The notes under the pieces were generated by a model. The model had not been told where the DNA came from. It did not search any database and saw only the letters and a program-made list of their open reading frames with translations. From Acidobacteriaceae bacterium (GTDB lineage Bacteria; Acidobacteriota; Terriglobia; Terriglobales; Acidobacteriaceae), in assembly GCA_003152195.1 (NCBI GenBank), contig PLZN01000357.1, positions 37,457 to 87,112 of the forward strand: a DNA stretch of 49,656 bases, given 5' to 3'. Both the position numbers and the translations under genes were made by a program. Positions 8,469 through 16,436 of this stretch are shown here, piece by piece. Positions within the stretch are counted from its first letter, which is position 1. Each line of letters starts with the position of its first letter.

Positions 8469-11132
8469 ATGAAGAAAATACTGTTGGTGGTTCTCGCCCT
8501 CGTATCCTGCTTCCCCCGCGTACGGGCGCAGAACGTTGAAGGCCAGATCATCGCCGCACAGTACGGCGAATTCAAGGTGCCGGGCACGACGATGGGCGGA
8601 TTTGTTTTCCTGCCTGCGACCTGCCAGGTCTCCGGCGGTGGCAAGAACTTCTCCGCGTTCGCAACCGGGGTGCCGGTCAAGATTGTTGACGGCAACCCGA
8701 GCCTCAGCGAAATTGCCACGCCGAGCTCGGTGTACATCAACGTCTGCTCAGTCAACATGGCGACGGCGAATGTCCACGAACCGCCTTACTACCTCACTTC
8801 GGGGACAGGTGGGCTACAGGAGGCGATTACCGCCAACCAGACCAGCGGGATTAACTCGATCGTCCTCAACTGGGAGTGGTACGAGGAGGTGCTGCCAGGC
8901 AGCGCGGCGAATGTCATTGCGTCCGTGCATGGCATCGCTTCGCTGGGGTTGGTGGATGTGACCACCACGCCATACACCTATTACACCTGGACCGGGTCGC
9001 AGTATACGGTGAACAATCCGACGGCCGGCAGCGTTAGCTACAACCAGGGTGGGACCGGCGCCGTGACGCGCAGCAGCACTGCGAAGTGGCAAGACTCGAT
9101 ATCGATCAAAGACTTTGGGGCGTTGGGCAATGGCTCGTCCATAGCGGCCGACACAGCGGGTTTGCAGAGTGCTGTGGCTGCGGCCAATATCCAAGGTAAA
9201 GCAGTCTACGTCCCGGCCGGCAATTACCTGCTCAACAACAGCGGCGGCCCGGTGATCTCCGGCGCGAACAACATAGTCATTTGGGGCGACGGACCATCGT
9301 CTTCCCTTGCCTGCCAAACCACCGGAGGGCCGGACTGCATCGCGTCGACGGGCGCTACCGGCTTTGGACTGCAGAATCTTTCGATTGCCTTTGGACCGAC
9401 AGCTACGGAACGATCCAGCGGCTACGCAGTGGACATCGAGACGTGCAACACTTGTACGCTCGAGGGAGTGACGCTGAACAATGGCGACCTGAGCGGCCTC
9501 AGACTGGCGAGCTCGGTGCATACCTCGATCCACAACCTGCAAGTGTCGAACTTCTTCGCCAACGGCACCTTCCTGGTGAACGACCAGGATTTGCGCGTGG
9601 ACGGCCTGGCCTGCGCAAACAATGAGGACGCGTGCCTGGAAACTTCATGGTACGACTCGGAGTATACGGCGCACGCGGTTCCCTGCCAGGACGTCACGGC
9701 GACCAACATCACCAGCACGAATGATCTTGAGGCGGTACTGGTCAATTCCTGCAATAACGTCACCGTGACGGGTTTCTCGGCGGTGGGGAGTGCCAAGGAA
9801 GCCGTCTTTGTCGGTCAGGATCCCACCACGACCACCGCACACTGGCCAGACCGGGTGAGCATCTCCAACGGATCCATCTACGGGTCTGGTTACGGCAGCA
9901 ATCCGCTCAACTCCGCGGCCGCGCAGGCACTGTACATCAACGTCGGCACCAGCCCGGGGAGCTTCATCTCGCACCTCAACTTTTCTAACATCGTAGCCAC
10001 GCACATCAGCTCGTGGGGCTTGCAGATGGCGGAGCTACAAAACGACGATGTGCAGGCAAGCAACCTGACCTTTTATGACATTGGCAATGGGAACTCGGCG
10101 GGCTGCGTGCAGACAGAAGGTAACCAGGTCAACCTGGACAATATCGCCTGCTCCAACATCGGCACCTACGCCTTTTATGACGCCAATACCAACCGGCTCA
10201 CGGGCACGGGCTGGACGGCGAGCGGCTCCAACCAGGTGGGCACGGGGACCGAGGCAGTCTTTCTTTCACCCACCGCGGTCGGGTTTGTCAACGTCAACGG
10301 CATCTCGCTGAACGACACCAACGGCAGCGTTTTTTCGAGCGCCGTCTACGATGACACGACCACGGGCGATCACATCCTGGTCAACATCAAGAGCTCCGGC
10401 ATCGTCGCCCCCACTGGGCCAACCAGCGCAAACCAGGGCACGACGTATACCTACGCCGATCCAACCCACTCCTGGATCTTTCGGAATGGGGGGATGATTA
10501 TGTCCTTCCTGCCGCCCGACGTGTACCTGTTGCCCACCGCCGGCGCGACCTCGGGGGCCTATGTCAACGGATCTACCTTCTGGTGGCAGAGCAAGTGCTG
10601 GACAACTTCGCAGCAAACCGAGAGCGTTGCGTGGCTCGACCTCTATCCCACAATGAGCACCGAGTCTTTCGCGTTCGCGCACACCGGGGGCTGCGGGTTT
10701 CCTATCACGCTCGATGTGACTGCAGCGGCTTCGATGCTGGGGAATATCTTTACTGGCACGATCATCAGCGGCCAGCATTTCAGCGGGCTGGCCAGCTCGG
10801 CACCAACGGCGGTAGCGGGGGCCGGCGCCGGTACAGGTCCCACAATTTCGCTCAACGCGAACTCGAATGACCTGTCCGGTTATCTGAGCGTCACTACCGG
10901 ATCTTCGCCGACGGCAAGCGCCATCGTCGCAACGCTCACCTATGGCACGGCGTACGCGACGCTGCCCAAGTGCTTGCTCGCGCCGGCAAACGCAGCCGCC
11001 TCCGCGCTTAGCGGCGCTGCCAACGTTTATATTCCGCTGACTTCCTCTGAGTCGGCCTTCACGGTTAACGCAAACACGACCGCTCTTGCCGCGTCGACGC
11101 TTTATACCTGGGGGTACACATGCACGCAGTAA
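8469..11132 (+). CDS. Secreted right-handed beta-helix protein (pectate-lyase-3/tailspike-type depolymerase), paralogue B
   Basis: The ATG at 8469 gives MKKILLVVLALVSCFPRVRA|QN; the TTG at 8448 is less likely. SIKDFGALGNGSSIAADTAGLQSAVAAANIQGKAVYVPAGNYLL is the typical N-terminal cap of Pectate_lyase_3/tailspike beta-helices. It is followed by periodic N/G/V-rich beta-helix turns. Confidence 0.8.
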   Translation: MKKILLVVLALVSCFPRVRAQNVEGQIIAAQYGEFKVPGTTMGGFVFLPATCQVSGGGKNFSAFATGVPVKIVDGNPSLSEIATPSSVYINVCSVNMATANVHEPPYYLTSGTGGLQEAITANQTSGINSIVLNWEWYEEVLPGSAANVIASVHGIASLGLVDVTTTPYTYYTWTGSQYTVNNPTAGSVSYNQGGTGAVTRSSTAKWQDSISIKDFGALGNGSSIAADTAGLQSAVAAANIQGKAVYVPAGNYLLNNSGGPVISGANNIVIWGDGPSSSLACQTTGGPDCIASTGATGFGLQNLSIAFGPTATERSSGYAVDIETCNTCTLEGVTLNNGDLSGLRLASSVHTSIHNLQVSNFFANGTFLVNDQDLRVDGLACANNEDACLETSWYDSEYTAHAVPCQDVTATNITSTNDLEAVLVNSCNNVTVTGFSAVGSAKEAVFVGQDPTTTTAHWPDRVSISNGSIYGSGYGSNPLNSAAAQALYINVGTSPGSFISHLNFSNIVATHISSWGLQMAELQNDDVQASNLTFYDIGNGNSAGCVQTEGNQVNLDNIACSNIGTYAFYDANTNRLTGTGWTASGSNQVGTGTEAVFLSPTAVGFVNVNGISLNDTNGSVFSSAVYDDTTTGDHILVNIKSSGIVAPTGPTSANQGTTYTYADPTHSWIFRNGGMIMSFLPPDVYLLPTAGATSGAYVNGSTFWWQSKCWTTSQQTESVAWLDLYPTMSTESFAFAHTGGCGFPITLDVTAAASMLGNIFTGTIISGQHFSGLASSAPTAVAGAGAGTGPTISLNANSNDLSGYLSVTTGSSPTASAIVATLTYGTAYATLPKCLLAPANAAASALSGAANVYIPLTSSESAFTVNANTTALAASTLYTWGYTCTQ

Positions 11133-11593
11133 GGCGCTGCTTTCCATACGCGGTTCTGCTCTTCCTGGTGGCCTGCATCGCCAGGGCGCAGCAGACAGGG
11201 CGCAATGGTGTTCCGGGGACGTCGTCGGTCCATGTTGGCGTTCGTGCTGCCGCTATCCCAACCATTGCGGCCGGCGTGGGAGCCGGCAGCGCACCCGGCG
11301 CGGTCACTATCGCCGCCGGTTCCACCGATCTTTCCGGGACAATCACTATCGGGACCGGGACGTCACCGACGGCGTTCGGCATCGTCGCGACGATCACGTT
11401 CAATGTGGCTTATACGGGCACTGTTCCGCATTGCGTTCTTTATCCGGTTACTACCAATGCTGCACAGCTAGGGGCTGGGCCGGTGTTTCTGCCGCTGAGC
11501 GGCATCACGCTCGCGGGATTCAATATAAATTCCACCACGCCCGCTTTGGCCGCTTCGACGACTTACTCGTGGGAATACATCTGCACACAGTAG
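11120..11593 (+). CDS. Small secreted protein: signal peptide plus a stand-alone copy of the C-terminal module of ORF 8469-11132
   Basis: Signal peptide MHAVRRCFPYAVLLFLVACIARA|QQ. Residues ~60-157 align with the last ~100 aa of the preceding protein: both contain DLSG-x-[IL]-x-[IV]-x-TG-x-SPTA...IVAT[IL]T[FY]...P-x-C and both end in C-T-Q. Confidence 0.65.
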   Translation: MHAVRRCFPYAVLLFLVACIARAQQTGRNGVPGTSSVHVGVRAAAIPTIAAGVGAGSAPGAVTIAAGSTDLSGTITIGTGTSPTAFGIVATITFNVAYTGTVPHCVLYPVTTNAAQLGAGPVFLPLSGITLAGFNINSTTPALAASTTYSWEYICTQ

Positions 11594-11627
11594 TTGGGGA
11601 ACAAAGCGGCGATGAGAGAGCCGCGTA

Positions 11628-11660
11628 TCCCACCCTTCGCAAACAGCGCGAAGGATGGGG
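11628..11660. repeat. REP-like hairpin
   Basis: tcccacccttcgc-aaacagc-gcgaaggatgggg followed by cacccgtt. Same family as the elements at 7003, 14692 and 14788. Confidence 0.7.
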
Positions 11661-11698
11661 CACCCGTTGGCTTGCGGAGGGGACAGGGTGAACGGACG

Positions 11699-12112
11699 AT
11701 GAGGATGCCCTGGATATCCCGCTCTTCCCACGAGGAGATGATGGGCCTGATGACTACGCAGGTGGACGAGTTGACCCACGAGCGGAGGCTCCTGCTCGAT
11801 CGCCTGGCTACGCTTGGACTGGGTGGACCTCTCTTCAACTCGCCTTCCTGGACCGATTCCTCAGAAAAGACGGCGGAGGAGACAGAGCCAATTGACCCGG
11901 AAGCGGATGAGATAGAGAAGTTGATGCAGCTTCGCCGCCGTCCTTCGAAACTGGCCGATGCGCTCACCCGTAAGGCTTATCGGGATTACAACCGGGCGCA
12001 GGCTGGGCCCAGCGTCAAGTGGATACCCAAGGTGGAAGCGCAGGCTTCCAAGCTTGACACCATGACCGCGGCGCTCGACGAAGCGGAAGCGTTCGGAAAG
12101 AAACAGGCGTAA
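11699..12112 (+). CDS. Hypothetical protein immediately upstream of the portal gene
   Basis: The ATG at 11699 lies downstream of the repeat; the longer 11594 start would translate through the REP hairpin. 137 aa, charged and helical. The stop abuts the portal ATG. Confidence 0.5.
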   Translation: MRMPWISRSSHEEMMGLMTTQVDELTHERRLLLDRLATLGLGGPLFNSPSWTDSSEKTAEETEPIDPEADEIEKLMQLRRRPSKLADALTRKAYRDYNRAQAGPSVKWIPKVEAQASKLDTMTAALDEAEAFGKKQA

Positions 12113-14635
12113 ATGGCCACATATCCCGGCGTTGCAATGACCGCGAGTTCCCAGACGCAAGTACCCCAAACCCAGCGAGGGATGGAGCATACGCCATCGG
12201 ACCCCATGCAGGGCAAGGCAGATGAGCCGCAGAATAGCGCGCAGCTTAGCGAAGAAGATCAGCAGCGGCTGATTGCCCTGGTGCGTAGTTATAAAGACCA
12301 GTGGTCGCAGGACCGCATGGTGCTGATGCAACGGTGCCTGGAAAATCTGGAGTTCTTCAAGGGCAATCAGTTCATCTCCTTCGGCCCCGGGGAGTCGGAG
12401 TTTTTTAACGCGGTCGACTGGATGAACCAGGGCGACCACGCGCAGGACTCCGACGATAAGGATCTCTATCAGTATTGCAACAACTTTTACCAGATGCTGG
12501 CGACCGGCTTTGTGGCGGCGCTGGCTCCGCAGGTTCCAAAATCCAAATGGATGCCGGAGGACGCTGAGCAGCTCTCCGATGTGACGACTGCCAAGGCGGC
12601 GCAGACACTGATCGGCATCATCGAGCAACAGAACCGGGAACAGTCGCTGCTCAAGCAACAGTTGCTGTATCTCTACACCACGGGGGCGGTCTTTCGGCAT
12701 ACCCGCTACGTCGTGGACGCGGAGCGCGCAGGCACCTCGCGGGAGCCGGTCTTCAACGAGACGGAGACACAGCTGGCGCCGGATCGCTACCACTGCTTCC
12801 ATTGCGGCGCGACTTCGCCGGCGGATGCGTTGCCTGTCGGTGGGCACCGTTGCCAGCAGTGCCAGCGGCCGCTGGGAGACGACTCGTTCTTCCCGGCTGA
12901 GTATGGGCCGGTGATTCAGAAAGTGGGCGAGGAGGAAGTGCCCAACGGCATGGTGGCGCAGAACCTCTATAGCCCGCTCGAGGTGGACTGCGACCCGGCG
13001 GCGAACAACCTGCGGCAGACGCCGATTCTCAACCTCGAGGTCGAGGTTCACGTGGGCGCGCTGCGGGCCGCGTATCCCGGCATGTACGACCAGATCGCGG
13101 CGAGCGCGACGAGTGAGCTCTCGGCCAACGGAAGCATCGACCGTATCGCCAGGCAGCAGGTGTATTCGCAGACGGGGGCGTCCTCGAGCATCCTGCAGGA
13201 CCAGCGGCCAACATTGTCGCGGACGTGGATTCAGCCGTGGGCCTTTGATCTGGAAGATGACCGGGATTTCGGCGAGCGGATGCGGGCGACTTATCCCAAC
13301 GGCCTGCTGCTGGTGAATACCGGCGCTACCTTTCTTTCCGCACGCGAAGCCTCACTGACCAAGGAGTGGACGTGGGCGGGCACGCATGAGGGATTCGGCA
13401 TGTATCCGCCGGCGATCGGCGACATTGTTGTGCCTTTTCAAAAGCGCTACAACGATATGGCCAACATCCTGCACGAGTTCATGGACCGCTGCTCGTCGGG
13501 AGTGACGCTGGCCAATGCGGACCTGATCGACACCAAGTCGATGCAGGGCAAGCCGATGCTGCCCGGGGTTCTGAACCTGGTGAAGCTGAAGCGGACAGGG
13601 GCCCCGGGCGCGGTGCGCATGGCCGATGCGCTCTACCAGTTCCAGTTCCAGATGCATGAAGAAGCCTTCAGCTACCTGGATAAGCTGGCCTACAACGCGC
13701 AGATGTTTGCCGGCATTCCTCCGCAGGTGTATGGCGGCGCGGGCGACCCGTCGGTCGAGACCTTTGGCGGGCAGCAGCAGCAATTGAATTCGGCGCTGGG
13801 CAAGCTGAACATTTATTGGGAGAACCTGAAAGAGGAGCACGCGAAGGCTGATGAGCTGGCGGTGAATTGCGCCAAGGACAATCTGACCGCTGATATGAGG
13901 CAGGTCCTTGTGGAGCGAGGCTCGGAGTTTCGCAATGATTACATCCGGCTCGACGATTTGCAGGGCAGCGTGCATGCGTATGCCGATACCGACCAGGGGC
14001 TTCCGGTTACCGCGGCGGAGCTACGGCAGCGGTGGATGGATTTGATGCAGGCGGCGGCGAGCAATCCTCTGGCGCAGGCGATCTTCGACGATCCAACGAA
14101 CCAGGAGCAGGCGGCCACGGCGTTGGGGGTTCCGAATATGGTGGTTCCGGGCGCGGCGATGCGTTCGAAGGTGTTGCAGATTATCGAGCGGCTGTTGGAG
14201 GCGGAGGCGGTGCCCGTGGTTGACCCGCGCACGGGACGGCCGACCGGGCAGGTGAGGCCGACGATTCTTCCGGATAAGGCTATCGACGACTTCACGGTGC
14301 TGAAGCAGGTTGTGCGGCAGTATTGCCAGGAGAATTCAGATATTCCCGATGATAACCCCGCGGGGTGGCAGAATCTGCTGGCGTACTTCACGGCTGCGGT
14401 TGCCCTCGAGACTCAGCAGATGGCGGAGATGGCACAGCAGAAGGCAGTGGTGGCGCAGGCGGGTTCGTTGAAGCAGGCGAGGCCGCAGGAGATCCCTCCC
14501 CATGAGATCGATGATGTGGTGAACACGATGGGAGGGCTGATGCATCTTTCACCTGAGGCAACCTCGGAGAATATTCAGGGCCAGGTGCAGGCAGCGAACG
14601 CGCTGATTAAATTGGCGGATAAGCTGTCGGGTTAG
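12113..14635 (+). CDS. Portal-like protein (unusually large, 840 aa)
   Basis: It sits upstream of the scaffold-like and capsid-like genes. The N-terminal block ...RCLENLEFFKGNQF... resembles the conserved portal motif (r..n..fy.G.Q), and the C-terminus is long and helical. The call rests on position and motif, not on a search. Confidence 0.65.
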   Translation: MATYPGVAMTASSQTQVPQTQRGMEHTPSDPMQGKADEPQNSAQLSEEDQQRLIALVRSYKDQWSQDRMVLMQRCLENLEFFKGNQFISFGPGESEFFNAVDWMNQGDHAQDSDDKDLYQYCNNFYQMLATGFVAALAPQVPKSKWMPEDAEQLSDVTTAKAAQTLIGIIEQQNREQSLLKQQLLYLYTTGAVFRHTRYVVDAERAGTSREPVFNETETQLAPDRYHCFHCGATSPADALPVGGHRCQQCQRPLGDDSFFPAEYGPVIQKVGEEEVPNGMVAQNLYSPLEVDCDPAANNLRQTPILNLEVEVHVGALRAAYPGMYDQIAASATSELSANGSIDRIARQQVYSQTGASSSILQDQRPTLSRTWIQPWAFDLEDDRDFGERMRATYPNGLLLVNTGATFLSAREASLTKEWTWAGTHEGFGMYPPAIGDIVVPFQKRYNDMANILHEFMDRCSSGVTLANADLIDTKSMQGKPMLPGVLNLVKLKRTGAPGAVRMADALYQFQFQMHEEAFSYLDKLAYNAQMFAGIPPQVYGGAGDPSVETFGGQQQQLNSALGKLNIYWENLKEEHAKADELAVNCAKDNLTADMRQVLVERGSEFRNDYIRLDDLQGSVHAYADTDQGLPVTAAELRQRWMDLMQAAASNPLAQAIFDDPTNQEQAATALGVPNMVVPGAAMRSKVLQIIERLLEAEAVPVVDPRTGRPTGQVRPTILPDKAIDDFTVLKQVVRQYCQENSDIPDDNPAGWQNLLAYFTAAVALETQQMAEMAQQKAVVAQAGSLKQARPQEIPPHEIDDVVNTMGGLMHLSPEATSENIQGQVQAANALIKLADKLSG

Positions 14636-14691
14636 TGGGCAAGCAGCGGTTACACCCTCTCGTATAAAGCAACGGAAACCATCCGAATTTA

Positions 14692-14821
14692 TCCCACGTA
14701 CGCTGAGGCGAACGTGGGGCACCCGTTCTATTTTAACTAAATTAGTTTGCCGTAGCGGCGGACAGCTGCGGGTTGAACGCGACGTTTCCCACATCTCGCA
14801 AACAACGAGCGAGATATGGGG
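14692..14821. repeat. Two REP-like hairpins between the portal and scaffold genes
   Basis: 14692-14719 is tcccacgtacgc-tgag-gcgaacgtgggg(cacccgtt). 14788-14821 is cccacatctcgc-aaacaacga-gcgagatatgggg(cacccc). Confidence 0.75.
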
Positions 14822-14875
14822 CACCCCATGATTCGCTGGCAGGATAGCCTAGACCATCAGAAAGCAGATCCAACC

Positions 14876-16387
14876 ATGACTGAAGCTACTATTGTGGCTC
14901 CCGCTCCGGCGGCGGCACCTATTTCTGCGCCCACTCCAGCCCCTATATCGGCTCCGGCGTCTACGCCTTCCACTCCTTCCTTTGGGGGATCGGTTCCGGC
15001 CTCTACGGTTGATCCGGGCAGGTTTCCTATTCGCGAAGATTATGCGGCGGCGCTGCTTAAAGAAAAGCTGGCCGCGATTCCTGCGGCTGCGGAGCAGCCT
15101 GCTTTGAGCGATGAGCTGGTTATCGCAACCGAGTTTGTCACGGACGAGGCTCCGGCCCCTGTAGCCGTCACCGATACAGATGCGCCGGAAGACGAGGACT
15201 TTCAGCTGGAACTGGAGGCCATCGTTACGCCCGAGGTTCTGAGCCAGATGGTCACCGACAACCCCGAGTTTGGCAAGTTGCTCGAGGCGGACGCCCGGCT
15301 GAAAGGTCAGCTCTACAAGACAGCACGCGAAGCAGCGGAGCTGAAACCGTACCGCGCAATCTTTCCCGACCTGGATTCGGCGAGGGCGGCCCAGGACTAT
15401 TCGTCCACCTGGATGGACGTGCGCGAAACCTTTCTCGGGTCGATCACCCGCGAAGGCACGATGGCCTCGCTCAGCAAGATCGCTGAGCTCTCCTATGAGC
15501 GCGACGCCGACGGCAACGTGGTCATGCAGAATGGCAAGCCGGTCATCGGCGAAGACTTTTTTGGATTTGTCGACAACGTGGTGGGACTGGATCTCGAACA
15601 CCGCGCACAGGATGTAACCGCACGCCTCAAGGCGAACCAGTATCGCTCTGAGGAGGAACGCACACGCGACCAACGCGTGAACGATGCACTGGAGGTCCTC
15701 AGGGAAGAATCCGCGGCTACTTCCCCCGCGATAGAGGCCCAACCAGAGGCGCTGCGACGCAAGGCAGATGAACTGGACCGGAGAGAACGCGCATTGAATG
15801 AGCGCCAGCACGGCGAGAAGGTGGAGGAGAGACGGTCCTTCGAAAACGGTTTGCAGACGGAAGCCCAAACGCGGATCCACGACGGCATCAGCGGGATCAT
15901 CGCCAACGTGGAGAAGCAGGGCGGCGTCGTCAGTCCCTACTTGAAGAACATTCTCCCCAAAGCCATCGGCGCTAAGCTGATTCGCAAGATTCAGGCCAAC
16001 CCGGCGCTGCAGGGTCAGATGCATTCATTGCAGCGGCTCCCCATCGGCGATGCGTCACGCCAACGCAGACTCGCGGCCATTGACCGGGCCGTGCAGCAGT
16101 ATCTCCCCGACGTGGCGCGAGAGGAGCTGCGTGAGGCAGGGGTGCAGATCGCCAATGCCTCAGCAGCCAAACGCGCCAAGGTAGACGCCCAGATCGACAG
16201 CACAAAGAAGACCGAGCCGAAGGGATCAACCGGGCCGGCCAGCGGTGGCAGCGCAACGATGACCTCCAGCGCAGCCTTCGACCACGCGCAGGCGGAGTGG
16301 CATCGCGCCAATCCGGGTAAGCCCTTCGACAAAGTGGCGAGGGAGCTGATTCTTCCTCGCGTTCTGCAGCTGATGACATCTCGGTGA
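14876..16387 (+). CDS. Scaffolding-like protein (Ala/Pro-rich N-terminus, long charged coiled-coil)
   Basis: Lies between the portal-like and capsid-like genes. It has a low-complexity APAPAAAPISAPTPAPISAP N-terminus and E/R/K-rich helices. The start is uncertain (ATGs at 14816, 14828 and 14876); 14816 lies inside the REP hairpin. Confidence 0.5.
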   Translation: MTEATIVAPAPAAAPISAPTPAPISAPASTPSTPSFGGSVPASTVDPGRFPIREDYAAALLKEKLAAIPAAAEQPALSDELVIATEFVTDEAPAPVAVTDTDAPEDEDFQLELEAIVTPEVLSQMVTDNPEFGKLLEADARLKGQLYKTAREAAELKPYRAIFPDLDSARAAQDYSSTWMDVRETFLGSITREGTMASLSKIAELSYERDADGNVVMQNGKPVIGEDFFGFVDNVVGLDLEHRAQDVTARLKANQYRSEEERTRDQRVNDALEVLREESAATSPAIEAQPEALRRKADELDRRERALNERQHGEKVEERRSFENGLQTEAQTRIHDGISGIIANVEKQGGVVSPYLKNILPKAIGAKLIRKIQANPALQGQMHSLQRLPIGDASRQRRLAAIDRAVQQYLPDVAREELREAGVQIANASAAKRAKVDAQIDSTKKTEPKGSTGPASGGSATMTSSAAFDHAQAEWHRANPGKPFDKVARELILPRVLQLMTSR

Positions 16388-16436
16388 GGGATCAGCATTC
16401 GCGCGGCGTCCACGCCGCAGATAAGGAATCAATTTC

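Noticed and set aside
10780-11593. Diversity-generating retroelement (template/variable repeat pair) as an explanation for the duplicated C-terminal module.
   Set aside because: The window has no reverse transcriptase. The two DNA copies are only moderately similar, and the differences occur at all four bases rather than adenine-specific ones.
11861-13051. Long antisense ORFs opposite clear genes. Examples are 396 aa at 11861-13051 (-), 391 aa at 14849-16024 (-), 320 aa at 22931-23893 (-), 293 aa at 10266-11147 (-), 576 aa at 46914-48644 (+) and 279 aa at 41449-42288 (-).
   Set aside because: These are typical high-GC shadow ORFs. Their products are Arg/Gly/His/Pro-rich and low in complexity with no motifs. 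The opposite strand carries recognisable domains (portal, beta-helix, DUF255, MscS).
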